Program-made: the position numbers and the translations under genes | Part shown: one piece after another, positions 1-9,741 of the stretch | How the letters are laid out: every line of letters starts with the position of its first letter | How positions within the stretch are numbered: the stretch's first letter is position 1 | Source: Myxococcales bacterium | GTDB lineage: Bacteria > Myxococcota_A > UBA9042 | NCBI GenBank assembly: GCA_037441385.1 | Contig: JBBISH010000003.1 | Span: 32,001-96,000, forward strand | DNA length: 64,000 nt | Reading direction: 5' to 3' | Notes under the pieces: generated by a model | Told to the model about the DNA's origin: nothing | Seen by the model: only the letters and a program-made list of their open reading frames with translations | Database searches by the model: none

Positions 1-452
1 GTCAGCGGCTGTTTGACGTTGCCGCGATACACGTCCACAAGTAGCGAGATGGCGTGGAACACAAAGAACGATACGCCCACCGGTAGTTCGATCTCGGCGA
101 TGGCCAGTTGCGGACGCCAACCAAGATGAGCAGCCAGTTCGAGCAGGTTGGCCGCAAAGAACGCCAAATACTTGTAGACGACCAGGGTCGCCAGGGCCAA
201 GACAACGCCGAAGCCAAGCCACCGACGGGCCAGGACCGGAGTCGGCGCCCGCTGCACGCGCTGACCGATCAGCGTGGCACCCAGCGACACACCTATCAGA
301 AGGACCAAGTGACGCGGCGAGCCCAACGCATAGAACAGCCAACTGAGGGCGAGCAGAACCTGCTTGTGCCAACTCAGCTTGGTGCGAAGACCCCAGGCCA
401 GCACAAAGGCAGCGCCAAAGAACAAGGCGTAGCCGACCGTTGGAAACAGCAC
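1..452 (-). CDS. MBOAT family O-acyltransferase (AlgI/DltB-like), 3' end truncated by window edge
   Basis: Not in the ORF track. Manual translation from GTG at 452 (GGAG upstream) gives MLFPTVGYALFF...LLALSWLFYALGS...LVVYKYLAFF...LPVGVSFFVFHAISLLVDVYRG, the AlgI N-terminal signature. Confidence 0.9.
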   Translation of the reverse strand, partial: MLFPTVGYALFFGAAFVLAWGLRTKLSWHKQVLLALSWLFYALGSPRHLVLLIGVSLGATLIGQRVQRAPTPVLARRWLGFGVVLALATLVVYKYLAFFAANLLELAAHLGWRPQLAIAEIELPVGVSFFVFHAISLLVDVYRGNVKQPL

Positions 453-1082
453 GAATGACTCCGGGGCGGGCTGAGGCCCATGGTGTGAGCGATTGACCTG
501 CGGGTCCGCTGCCAGACATTACTATGGTTGCTGCAAGCGAGCAACGTGTCGTGCTGCAACGGGAAAGACTGCACCGCCGCGGCGATGATCGCGGGCGCCG
601 CGCGGACATCGAGGTTCACGGTCAACCGTATGAAATAGATAGATAAACGCAATGACAGCCCGACCAACCGGCAAGCTTCAGACGCCGCGGCGTCGCGGCG
701 AGCCTCGTTGGACAGACCCATTGCGACCGCCGTCGGATCGAACTCTGCTCTTTTGGCGCGATTCGCGGGGGATGCCAGGCGGCCCGGCCGTTCCGCGCGT
801 CCTCGCCGGTCGCTGCGGATCTCGGGCGCGGCGACGGCCTACTGTGGCCCGCTGTGCACCAGAAGCCGACCGGCCTCGGCACCGGGTCGCGGCTGCCCCT
901 GCCGCACGAGCGGTGAGCCGAGTTGGAATACGCGGAGTTGCCCGGACCGTGGCGGCGGCGTACCATCGGCACCACTGGGTAGCGGCAGTTTCCGGTCAAC
1001 GAGTGTGCGAGCGGCGCTGCCTATCCCGTTGGCAATGACTCCATGCTGAACTTTGCGTGACGTGTTCTAGGAGGAGCTCAAG

Positions 1083-2726
1083 ATGAATTTCCCCATCCGA
1101 AGCGCCCAGGCTTGGGCGCTGGTCACTGGCTGTGCGCTGGGCACCGGCCTCGTTGTGGCTGGTTGTCAGAAGGCACCTGGACCCGCCCCGGCGCCGACCA
1201 GCCCAGCGGCACCCACACCGGCCCCAGGGCCGAACGCCGGGCCTGCCGCCGCAGCCGCGCTGCCGACTGCGCCGACTCCCGTCGCCGCCTTGCCGGCCCC
1301 CGCGACGCCAAGCCAGCCAGCAGCACCGGTCGGTTCGGCACAGCCGGCGGCTGCCGCGGGGAACCAGCCACCGATGTCGCGCTACTACTGGCCGCTGTTT
1401 GTGGCAGGAAACTCATGGACATACAAAGTCTCAGAAACTTCGTACGACACAGGCAGCGAGGCCACAAAGAAGAGCGTGGCAACCTGCACCACCGGTCCCA
1501 GCGAAAGCCTGGACGGGGCGCTGGTCGCCGAATTGGTGTGCAAGCCCGAACTGCCTGAAGAATTCGCCCGCCTTGACTTTGCAGGATGGTACGGGGCAAC
1601 AGCGGACGGGCTCGTGTTCCTCGGCAAGACCAAGCCCACCCAGCTCAAGGGCCCCACGGTTGTGGACTATCCGCCGCGCGAGTGGCAGACGACGACAGGC
1701 GGCGGCGACGAGGAGTCGGACTTCGCGGCAACGAGTTCCGCCAAGTTCAGCTTCGAGAACGTGCCAGGCGCCGGTAGGGTGCAGACGTTCTGCCGCGTGG
1801 AGGACACGGGGGGTCCAGACAATGCCACCCACAAAGTGTGCTTCGCTGCTGGGATTGGCCCTACCGAGGTGAGCGCAGAGGGGGGGTGCGCGGCCTGCGG
1901 CGGAACTGCACTGAAGCTCGTCAATGCCACGGTCGCCGCCATGCCTGCCGCGGGGCCTTTGCCCGCAGCGCCCGCGGCATTTGCTGGGAAGCCCCCGGTC
2001 GCATCTGCGTTGGCGGCCGGTCTGGCGGCTGGGCTGAAGTGCCTGGACGCATGGCCGGGCCTTGCGGCCGCCACCCTGACCACGGGCCCCGAGCTACTTG
2101 GCGGCGAGTTGGACCACTTGCCGGCACGCTGGACCGGCGTGCAAGGCGACGTTCGGCCGAAACTGATGACCTACGCAGGCAAAGTGCCCGGCAGCAAGTG
2201 TTCGCTGGTCGTAGAGGCCGAGCGAGGGCGCGTCGTTCGCGTTGGCAACAACTTTACCGGCAAGGCGATTTCTGTAGACCAAATGGCGGGTTTTGGGCCG
2301 CCGGCCGAGCGCCGCACGCTGGCGCAAGGGAGCGGACTCGACGTGTTCCACTACGGCGATGCCGTGCTGGTGGTGTACCGGCCCGCCGCGGCCAAAGCCG
2401 ACAATGAGTGGTGGCTGTACGACGTTCGCGCCTGGGAGGCGATCCGCGACGACGACGCCAAGATTTGGGAGGCATTTGCTTACAACGATGCCGCGGCCGA
2501 GCTGGAAAAGACCAAGGGCGCAGACCCGGTGGCTGTGGCCGACGGCTACCACAAAGCCACAGAGTCGCTGCCGCGCTACGCCAAAGCCTGGCTCCGCGAG
2601 TGCCGGGTGTTGGCCAAGGCCAAGGTGGATTCGCCCAGGGCCCGGCGAGCCTGCGCGGAAGCGTTGAAGTCCAATTTCGGCGACGTGAAGAAGCAGGCGG
2701 CGACCCAGCTGGAGCACCTGCCGTAG
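1083..2726 (+). CDS. Lipoprotein: Pro/Ala-rich linker, DUF3108/TapB-like beta domain, C-terminal TPR-like helices
   Basis: GGAGGAG RBS; lipobox LVVAGC; YWPLxxGNSWTY...VPGAG...FAAGIG pattern; helical C-terminus. Confidence 0.7.
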   Translation: MNFPIRSAQAWALVTGCALGTGLVVAGCQKAPGPAPAPTSPAAPTPAPGPNAGPAAAAALPTAPTPVAALPAPATPSQPAAPVGSAQPAAAAGNQPPMSRYYWPLFVAGNSWTYKVSETSYDTGSEATKKSVATCTTGPSESLDGALVAELVCKPELPEEFARLDFAGWYGATADGLVFLGKTKPTQLKGPTVVDYPPREWQTTTGGGDEESDFAATSSAKFSFENVPGAGRVQTFCRVEDTGGPDNATHKVCFAAGIGPTEVSAEGGCAACGGTALKLVNATVAAMPAAGPLPAAPAAFAGKPPVASALAAGLAAGLKCLDAWPGLAAATLTTGPELLGGELDHLPARWTGVQGDVRPKLMTYAGKVPGSKCSLVVEAERGRVVRVGNNFTGKAISVDQMAGFGPPAERRTLAQGSGLDVFHYGDAVLVVYRPAAAKADNEWWLYDVRAWEAIRDDDAKIWEAFAYNDAAAELEKTKGADPVAVADGYHKATESLPRYAKAWLRECRVLAKAKVDSPRARRACAEALKSNFGDVKKQAATQLEHLP

Positions 2727-2728
2727 AT

Positions 2729-2892
2729 CTAGAACACCAATCACAAATCTCCGAGGTCCAGAGCAACGCGACCACTCGCTGACGAAAACTCGTTGATGCT
2801 CAGTGGGTCGCAAGCGGGCCCAAAGAATCAGGCACAGCCGCGACCCGCCGCGACGTTTGCCCGCAGGTCCGGGTTTCTGATCGGTGCTCTAG
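2729..2892. mobile_element. MITE-like element, 164 bp, imperfect terminal inverted repeats with CTAG ends
   Basis: Left end ctagaacaccaatcacaaa vs reverse complement of right end ctagagcaccgatcagaaa (16/19 identical). Starts 2 nt after a stop codon; no credible ORF inside. Confidence 0.6.
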
Positions 2893-3197
2893 GCGACCAC
2901 CCCGCACCGCGGGTCCGGCAAGCCAAACCGGCAACTGGGTGAACGCAACCATGTTGGCCGATGACATGCGGTTGAAAAGGGCGCGCGCGTCGCACCCAAT
3001 GCGGTGACCTCCTGCCCAAGATCAGTCAAGGCGCAAGGAGCGGCGCGACTGAGGCGACCTAGCGGTCGCCGCAGGGAGAGTAGCGACGCAGCAACGCCGA
3101 GTTGCGCCCAAAGCGGCGGATCGGGGGGCCGCGGTTTCGTTGCAGACCCCGGCAGGCCCTGCTAGCATCCCGTGGGGTTTTTTCCCGGGAGGTCGCC

Positions 3198-4250
3198 GTG
3201 TCCATCAACGCTGCGTCCCAGAATCACTCGACGACGAACACTGGCCGCCCCACGCTGCTGGCGTGGCTGTTGCGGTCCGTGTTGCTGCTGGCCATGGCCT
3301 CGCTGCCCACCGCTCCATTCTCGGCGCTGTTGTTGCCCAACACGGCTCACGCCGATGACGAGGGCCATCGCCCGGCCGCGCGCCAAAAGGTACTGATCCT
3401 GCGCGCTGACGGGACCGGCGTGACCGAACCGCAGCGCCAAGCCATCAGCAAGGAATTGCAGACTCAGGCGCTGCGCTACCGGCAGCTCGACGTCGCCATC
3501 GCCGCCGGGGACTTGACCGAAGAAATGTTCGAGTTCGAGTGCACCGAGCCGGGCGTCGAGTGTTTGTCCAAGATCGGCAACAAGTACGGCGCCCAGTTGG
3601 TCGTGTACAGCGAACTGGCCAAGAATCCGTCGGGGCAGCTGCAAATCAACATGCGCGTCATCGACGTGGCCCAGGGCCGCGTGGCCCAGACGACCGTGCA
3701 GCCGCTGGACCAAATCGACAAGCCGACGCTGGCCGTGCAGCGCGGTCTGGTGGTGCTCTTGGGCCCGGTCGACATGCCGGCCGAAGCGGGCGAGGCGACG
3801 GGGACCCTGCAAGTCGTGCTCTTTGGCGGCGGCGTGGCGCTGGTCTACGTAGACGACAAACTGGTCGGGCGCACGTCAGTGGGCGGGCTGAAAGTGCAGG
3901 TTTCGGCTGGTCCGCACATGCTCCGCGTAGTCCGCGCCGGCTTCAAAGAGTGGACGGCCAAGATTACGGTCGCGGCGGGTGCCGTGCTTGAACAGGCCGT
4001 GCAATTGGAACAGCAATCGGTGGTTGCCGATCCGGGTCCGGGTACGCCGGGCACGCCCAAGCCCAGCGACAACAGCGTCACCAAGCAGTGGTGGTTCTGG
4101 ACCGCGGTGGGCGTGGGCGTGGTGGCCATCGGCACCGCGGCCTACTACCTGCTCAAGCCGGCGGACGCGCCCAAGACGGGGTCGCTGGCGGTTTCGCTCG
4201 ATCACGTCGAGGCCTATCTGGACCCGGTGTTTGCCGGTTCGGCGAAGTAG
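3198..4250 (+). CDS. PEGA domain-containing exported protein with C-terminal hydrophobic segment
   Basis: GTG start after GGAGG; signal peptide ending AHA; GTLQV...ALVYVDDKLVGRT...VSAGPHMLRVVRAGFKEW (PEGA); WWFWT C-terminal motif common in myxobacterial PEGA proteins. Confidence 0.8.
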   Translation: MSINAASQNHSTTNTGRPTLLAWLLRSVLLLAMASLPTAPFSALLLPNTAHADDEGHRPAARQKVLILRADGTGVTEPQRQAISKELQTQALRYRQLDVAIAAGDLTEEMFEFECTEPGVECLSKIGNKYGAQLVVYSELAKNPSGQLQINMRVIDVAQGRVAQTTVQPLDQIDKPTLAVQRGLVVLLGPVDMPAEAGEATGTLQVVLFGGGVALVYVDDKLVGRTSVGGLKVQVSAGPHMLRVVRAGFKEWTAKITVAAGAVLEQAVQLEQQSVVADPGPGTPGTPKPSDNSVTKQWWFWTAVGVGVVAIGTAAYYLLKPADAPKTGSLAVSLDHVEAYLDPVFAGSAK

Positions 4251-4258
4251 AGGCGACC

Positions 4259-6058
4259 ATGGCAAAGCTACGCACGATGGTTTCGACCCTGCTGGCGCTC
4301 GGTTGCGTTGCCGCGCTCGCCGCGTCTTGCGCCACCGAACCGGCCGAGGCGCCGCTGCAACCCGGCTACGGGCGCCTGGAACTGGCGCTGTCCGGCTCGC
4401 TGCCGGGGGCCAAGCGCATGTCGATTCGGCTGTTCCGCGGTGCGCTGACGGCGCCCGGCAAAGTTCCAGCCCACGCCTGGGCTTGCCAGGCCTACGGCGG
4501 CAGCCAAAGCAACAAGTCCGTTGTCCAGGACCTAGAAGCCGCCGACGACTATTCGGTCTTGGTCGAACTGTACGAAGACGACGCCTGCACCAAGCTGCGC
4601 TATCGCGCCTACCGCGGCGGCATCGTCGTCAAAGCCGGCACGGGCAAAGAGGTTTCTAGCACGCCGTACTGGCTGCCCACCGTCGAGGCGGGCCACTTTT
4701 CCAGCATGGCGCAGGTCAACGCCGACTTGGTCAAGGCCGCCAGCAGCAAGACTTGCGGCAGCGACGACGAGTGCCACGGCGTCCACGTCAACGCCGTTTG
4801 CGGCGAAAACCACAAGTGCACCGTAGAGAACCTGTTCCCGCTCAACGGCGCCCAGCGCCGCGCCTTCTCGACGATGGTGACCCTGAGCGACGGCCGCGTC
4901 GGCATCCTGGGCGGGTTTGGCGTCCTTTCCGACGGCTACTGGTCGGCCACCGCCGAGACCGTCGAGGTCTACGAGCCCAGCCTGGGCGTGTTCTCGCGCA
5001 CCAAGGTGAGCGGCGGCTTGGCCTTGGGCCTGGCGGACGCCGTCACGCTGACCGGCAATTCTTTTGCCTACCTGGGCGGTTCGACCGGCGCCAAGGTAGC
5101 GCTGGCCAACAAGAAGCTGAGCACCCAGCTCGACACGCGCGGCTGCACGGGCGCGCCCGAGGGCTGCGCGGTCGACCACTCGCTGTTCCGCTGGACACTG
5201 GACGCCAACCCCAAGGCGGACTCGATCGCCCTGGGCGTGCCGGTGGCCTTCCCGCAGATCGCCGCCGTGACGACCGCGGCGGGCAATCGTCTGTTGATGG
5301 CGGGCGGCGCCGACGTGCCGATCTTGGGCGACAAACGCCGCGGTAAAGCGCAGTTGTGCGTGGTCGAGGCCACGGGTCTGTCGTGCCCCGAGCAGCCCGG
5401 CACCTCGATGAAGGCGGCCCGTGCTCAGGCGGCGGTGGCCTGCTTGGGCCGCGACGCTACCGGCAACTGCATCAAGGTCGGCCTGTTCGGCGGCCGGGTG
5501 AGCGGACCACTCAGCGAAGTGTTCGATGGAACATCGAGCACTTTTGCCGCGTTGCAGGATCAGGGCCAGCCGCCCGCAGCGATCCATGGCGGCAAGGTGT
5601 ACCCGTTTGGCGCGAACACCTACCTGCTCGTAGGTGGCACGACCCACAAAACCTTCTTGGAAGACGCGGAGATCACAAGCGGTGGCGACCTGCCCGTGTA
5701 CAAGTTGGTGGTGGACACCAATGCCTTGACCGTGACGTGGACGGCCCTGGACCTGTCGGCCTCGGGTGCGCCCGACGGCGGCAAGCGCCTGTGGCCGGCG
5801 TCTGTCCAGCTGCTCGACGGCAGCGTGCTCCTGATCGGCGGCCTGGACGCCAACCTGAACCCGCTGAGCGACGCCATCTGGATCGCCCAATCGGGCAGTG
5901 CGCGGGTCCTGACCAACTTCGCTCGCTTTGGCGCTTCGGCGGCGGTCATCGGCGGCAAGGGCCCGATGGGCGGCTGCGTGGTGCTGGGCGGTGGCTTCAG
6001 CTTGGGCAGCGACGGCGCGCTGGTCCCGCAAAACCAAGTCGAGCTGTTCTGCTTGTAA
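4259..6058 (+). CDS. Kelch/galactose-oxidase-like beta-propeller lipoprotein with Cys-rich module
   Basis: Lipobox LAASC; CGSDDEC...C...C module; repeated Kelch blades (LSDGRVGILGG...EVYEP; LLDGSVLLIGG; VVLGGG...VELF). Confidence 0.75.
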   Translation: MAKLRTMVSTLLALGCVAALAASCATEPAEAPLQPGYGRLELALSGSLPGAKRMSIRLFRGALTAPGKVPAHAWACQAYGGSQSNKSVVQDLEAADDYSVLVELYEDDACTKLRYRAYRGGIVVKAGTGKEVSSTPYWLPTVEAGHFSSMAQVNADLVKAASSKTCGSDDECHGVHVNAVCGENHKCTVENLFPLNGAQRRAFSTMVTLSDGRVGILGGFGVLSDGYWSATAETVEVYEPSLGVFSRTKVSGGLALGLADAVTLTGNSFAYLGGSTGAKVALANKKLSTQLDTRGCTGAPEGCAVDHSLFRWTLDANPKADSIALGVPVAFPQIAAVTTAAGNRLLMAGGADVPILGDKRRGKAQLCVVEATGLSCPEQPGTSMKAARAQAAVACLGRDATGNCIKVGLFGGRVSGPLSEVFDGTSSTFAALQDQGQPPAAIHGGKVYPFGANTYLLVGGTTHKTFLEDAEITSGGDLPVYKLVVDTNALTVTWTALDLSASGAPDGGKRLWPASVQLLDGSVLLIGGLDANLNPLSDAIWIAQSGSARVLTNFARFGASAAVIGGKGPMGGCVVLGGGFSLGSDGALVPQNQVELFCL

Positions 6059-6060
6059 GC

Positions 6061-8016
6061 GTGGACGCGCCGGCATCGCCCGCGGCTGTTCCCGCGCCCC
6101 CGCAGCCGATTTGGCCCTGGCTTGGGCCTGCATTCGCCGTGGCCGCCTGGGTCTGGCTGCTGGCACCGGCGGTGGCCTGGTTCGACAGCGGCGAATTGGC
6201 GGCGGCGGCCACGTCGCTGGGCGTCCCCCATCCCACCGGTTTTGCGGCGTTTGTGCTGGCGGGCCATGACCTGGCGCAATGGCCATTGGCGTCCGCAGCC
6301 CTGCGCGTTCACCTCCTGGGCGCCGTCAGCGCAGTGGCCGCGGTCGTGCTGTGGCGGCGAGCGCTGGGCGTCGCGTGGCCGGCCAATATTCGCCAAGTTG
6401 TGGACGAGGCGGCCGTCTGCGTGGCTCCCCTAGCCTTGGGCGCCTTGGCGATGCACATCCGGGCCAGCGAGGTCTATGCCCCTACGTGGCTGGTGGCGTC
6501 GGCGGCCTTGTTTGCGCTGACGCGGTCGCCGCGCCCCGTAGCGCTGCTTGCCGTGCTGACCGGTCTGGGTGCGGCAGTCCACGTCGAGGCCGCGCTTTTG
6601 GCGGGTGCGGCGTGGCTGTGGGCAGAAGCGACCGCGCGCAGTCGCTGGAGGGATCGACTGGGCCGGGTCGGACTTGCGGGGCTGGCGCTGGCCACCCTTG
6701 CCTATCTGCCGTTGGCGGCGCGACGGCAGCCGATGCTGTCGTGGGGGGCGATCGACTCGCTGGCGGCGTTGGTCCAGCATCTGACGGCGGCGTCGATTCG
6801 CGAAGCTTTCGCCGACCGGATGGGCGCGGCCGGCGGGTTCACGGCGCTGTGGGCCCTGATTCGCGACCAGGCCTGGCTGTGGCTGGCGCCGGCGGCGTTG
6901 GGGTTGGCGGTGACCTGGCGGCGGCAGCGCTCATTGGCCGGGATCACCGCAGCGGCGCTGGCGATCGATGCGCTGTACTCGGCGCTGGTCAACCCGATGG
7001 GGCTGCGCGACCAGCAGGCGGGACTACTAGTCCTGTTGGGCACTTGCGTGCTCGCGTTTGAGGGTCTGCGCTGGCTGCTCCGGCAGGTGCGCTGGACTTG
7101 GTCGGGGCCGCTGCTGCTGGCGGGGGTCCTGTGGCAAGCCCAAGTCGGGTCCCCAGACTTGGGGCAAGGCGATCTGGAGGCGGGCGCCCGCTATGCCGAT
7201 CTCTTGCTCGATCGCGCTGGTCCCGGGCAGTGGCTGGTGACGACGAGCGACCACGCGGCGAGCGCTTGTCTGTGGCGCCAGGTGGGCGAGGGAGCGCGCC
7301 CGGATGCGCCGTGTGTTCCCGCGGTCTTCTTGCGCGACGATGCGATGGCTGCGCACTTGGGCCGCGTTTGGCAGCGCCCGGACTTGGCCAAGGGCGTCGG
7401 GTTGCCCAACGGGCCAGGCCGCCTGAACGCCTGGGTGGACGGTGCGCTCGGCGACCAGCCGTTGCGTTGGGAAGTAGGCTTGGCTCAAGAAGATCACTGG
7501 CTCGGTGCGCGCCTACAGCTAGGTCTGCCGTGGGGCGCGGTGGCGGCGCAAAGCCAGCCGCTGGGCGATCCGCTCGAGCAGGCCAAGTCCGTGTGTGCCC
7601 AGGCCTCTCCCCCGGGTGGCCCCTGTCCACGGGCGCTGCGGGCGCTGATGTCGGGCCAACTTGCGGTCTTGGCGGGTCGCATCGCCCCCAGCGACCGGCG
7701 ATTGGCGGAAGAGTGGACGCGCGCCGCCGTGGACCTGCAGCCGACCGCCAAGGCCTTGGGCAACCTGGCGGGGCTAGTGGTCGAGCGCGAACCGGCCGAG
7801 GCACTGCAACTGGCCGAACGGGCTCTACAACTTCAGCCCGACTACCTGCGCGCCCATCGGCAGGCGGCGCGTGCGGCGGCGCGCTTGGGCGATCAGGCAG
7901 CACTGGTCGAGCACTTGCGGGTGCTGGCCGACCATCCATCGGCCGATCTGCCCGAGTTCCTTGCTCAACTGCGCCGCGAGGCCGCACCCGCGCTGCAGGG
8001 GGCGTGGCCCAAGTAG
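6061..8016 (+). CDS. DUF2723 (TMEM260/GT117-like) multi-TM glycosyltransferase with C-terminal TPR
   Basis: WFDSGELAAAATSLGVPHPTGF signature after TM1; AxEVYA motif; YLPLAA...WG; many TM segments; TPR at the end. Real start is probably GTG 6061. Confidence 0.8.
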   Translation: MDAPASPAAVPAPPQPIWPWLGPAFAVAAWVWLLAPAVAWFDSGELAAAATSLGVPHPTGFAAFVLAGHDLAQWPLASAALRVHLLGAVSAVAAVVLWRRALGVAWPANIRQVVDEAAVCVAPLALGALAMHIRASEVYAPTWLVASAALFALTRSPRPVALLAVLTGLGAAVHVEAALLAGAAWLWAEATARSRWRDRLGRVGLAGLALATLAYLPLAARRQPMLSWGAIDSLAALVQHLTAASIREAFADRMGAAGGFTALWALIRDQAWLWLAPAALGLAVTWRRQRSLAGITAAALAIDALYSALVNPMGLRDQQAGLLVLLGTCVLAFEGLRWLLRQVRWTWSGPLLLAGVLWQAQVGSPDLGQGDLEAGARYADLLLDRAGPGQWLVTTSDHAASACLWRQVGEGARPDAPCVPAVFLRDDAMAAHLGRVWQRPDLAKGVGLPNGPGRLNAWVDGALGDQPLRWEVGLAQEDHWLGARLQLGLPWGAVAAQSQPLGDPLEQAKSVCAQASPPGGPCPRALRALMSGQLAVLAGRIAPSDRRLAEEWTRAAVDLQPTAKALGNLAGLVVEREPAEALQLAERALQLQPDYLRAHRQAARAAARLGDQAALVEHLRVLADHPSADLPEFLAQLRREAAPALQGAWPK

Positions 8017-8088
8017 CCGCGCTGGCGGGCTGACCGCGGCGGCATTTCGGAGTATCTTGCCGGCGGCGACGTCGCCAAGGACCTCCGC

Positions 8089-9741
8089 ATGGCCCAGATG
8101 ATCCCTGCCCTGCCCCCGGCCCAGGCCAGCGCCAACGTGCGCACGGTATACGAGCGGCTGCGCACAGGACTTTCTGACGCGTGGCTGGTGGTGTGCGACG
8201 CGGCGTGGGTCGGGCGGGTGGCCAAGAACGGCCCGCTGCACGACGGTCGCATCGAGTTCGTGGCGGCGCACCCCGAGCTGGGCCTGCTGACCTTGGCGCT
8301 GGTCGACGGCGGTCTACTGTACGAGCCGTCTTCGAACCGCTGGCTGGAGTTGGGCCTGGACGGCGCGAGCGCCGCAATTCCAGATCCCTATGCTCGCGCC
8401 GAGATGGCCTGCACCGCCCTGCTGCGGCAGCTGGCCGACCACCCGGCCGCCAGTCCGTCGCAGCCCGCCCACGGGCACGGCGTCCTGCTGCTGGGGGCGC
8501 AGTGCCCCCGGCGCGGGTTTGCCCCGCACGCGCCGGCCGAGATCACCATCGACCGCGACAGGGCGACCAGCCTGGCCAAGCAAGTGGCGGCCCTGGCCGA
8601 GCTGTGGTCGCAGCGGCAACCGGCCACGGGCAATGCCTCGTCGCGCGGCTGGTGGCAGGCGCTGCAAGACACGTTCGTGGCACCGCGCCAGGCCCGCCCG
8701 CTGCTGTGGCAGCGCCTGGCCGACGACCAGGCCGGCATGATCGCCCTGGGTCCGCAACAAATGCAGGTCCTGGACATGCTGGCGCGGGTGCGGCAGCAGG
8801 CGATTTTTGGCCCAGCGGGGACCGGCAAGACCCTGCTCGCCATGCACAAAGCGCGGCTGCTGGCGCGCCAGGGCCTGCGCGTCCTCCTGACGTGCTACAA
8901 CAAGGCGCTGGGTTGGCACATGCGGCGCGCGCTGGCGGATTGTCCGGGGATCGTGGCGGGGCACTTTCACGAGCTTTGCTATGATCTTGCGGGATTGGAC
9001 CGCGATCGCTTCAAGGCGCCGGACGACGACCGCGCCTCGCGGCAATTCTTTGACGTGGAGCTGGCTGAGGCTCTGCAGCAGGCGGCAGCCACGAAGGGCC
9101 CGCTCTTTGACGCGCTGGTGGTCGACGAGGCCCAGGATTTTCTGGCGCCGTGGTGGCAAGCCCTGGACGCGTGGCTGGTCGAGCCGCATCAGGCGATTCG
9201 CTATGTATTCTTTGACGACGCGCAGCGTTTGCGGCCCGATGCGGCCCCGGTGCGCGGCGCGGCCGAAGCGCTGACCCTGACCATCAACTGGCGCAATACG
9301 CAGGCGATCCACACGCATCTGTCGGGCGTCGAGCCGGTGATGGCACAAGCGCGCTGTGCGGCGCCCGAAGGGGTGGCGGTGCAACACGAGAACCTGCGCC
9401 CCAACCCAGGTCGGGCCCTGCGGCGCGTCTTGCAGCGGCTGTGCGGCGAGGGGGGCGTGCGCCCCGACGACGTGGTGGTGCTGACCGGGCGCTCGCCTGC
9501 CCAAAGCATCTACCGCGACTTTGCTGAACTTTTGCGCCCATGGCGGCTGACCGCCGGCGACGAGCCGGGCTTGGTGCGACTGCGCGGGGCCAGGTCGTTC
9601 AAGGGTATGGAGGCGCCGGTGGTGGTGTTGACCGAGCTGGACCACTACCCGGCGGAGCAGGCGCGGCGATTGCACTACGTGGGGGCGTCGCGGGCGACGG
9701 CGCTGCTGGTGGTGATGGCCGACGCCGAGGTGGCTCCGTGA
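8089..9741 (+). CDS. NERD-like domain fused to SF1 (UvrD/DUF2075-like) helicase
   Basis: Walker A GPAGTGKT, LLTCYNKAL, Walker B VVDEAQD, INWRNT, SFKGME, motif VI YVGASRA; N-terminal NERD-like region. Confidence 0.85.
   Translation: MAQMIPALPPAQASANVRTVYERLRTGLSDAWLVVCDAAWVGRVAKNGPLHDGRIEFVAAHPELGLLTLALVDGGLLYEPSSNRWLELGLDGASAAIPDPYARAEMACTALLRQLADHPAASPSQPAHGHGVLLLGAQCPRRGFAPHAPAEITIDRDRATSLAKQVAALAELWSQRQPATGNASSRGWWQALQDTFVAPRQARPLLWQRLADDQAGMIALGPQQMQVLDMLARVRQQAIFGPAGTGKTLLAMHKARLLARQGLRVLLTCYNKALGWHMRRALADCPGIVAGHFHELCYDLAGLDRDRFKAPDDDRASRQFFDVELAEALQQAAATKGPLFDALVVDEAQDFLAPWWQALDAWLVEPHQAIRYVFFDDAQRLRPDAAPVRGAAEALTLTINWRNTQAIHTHLSGVEPVMAQARCAAPEGVAVQHENLRPNPGRALRRVLQRLCGEGGVRPDDVVVLTGRSPAQSIYRDFAELLRPWRLTAGDEPGLVRLRGARSFKGMEAPVVVLTELDHYPAEQARRLHYVGASRATALLVVMADAEVAP

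Noticed and set aside
460..1080. Several 110-130-aa ORFs in the MBOAT/lipoprotein gap
   Set aside because: No RBS, motif or convincing composition; treated as intergenic, though a small gene cannot be excluded.
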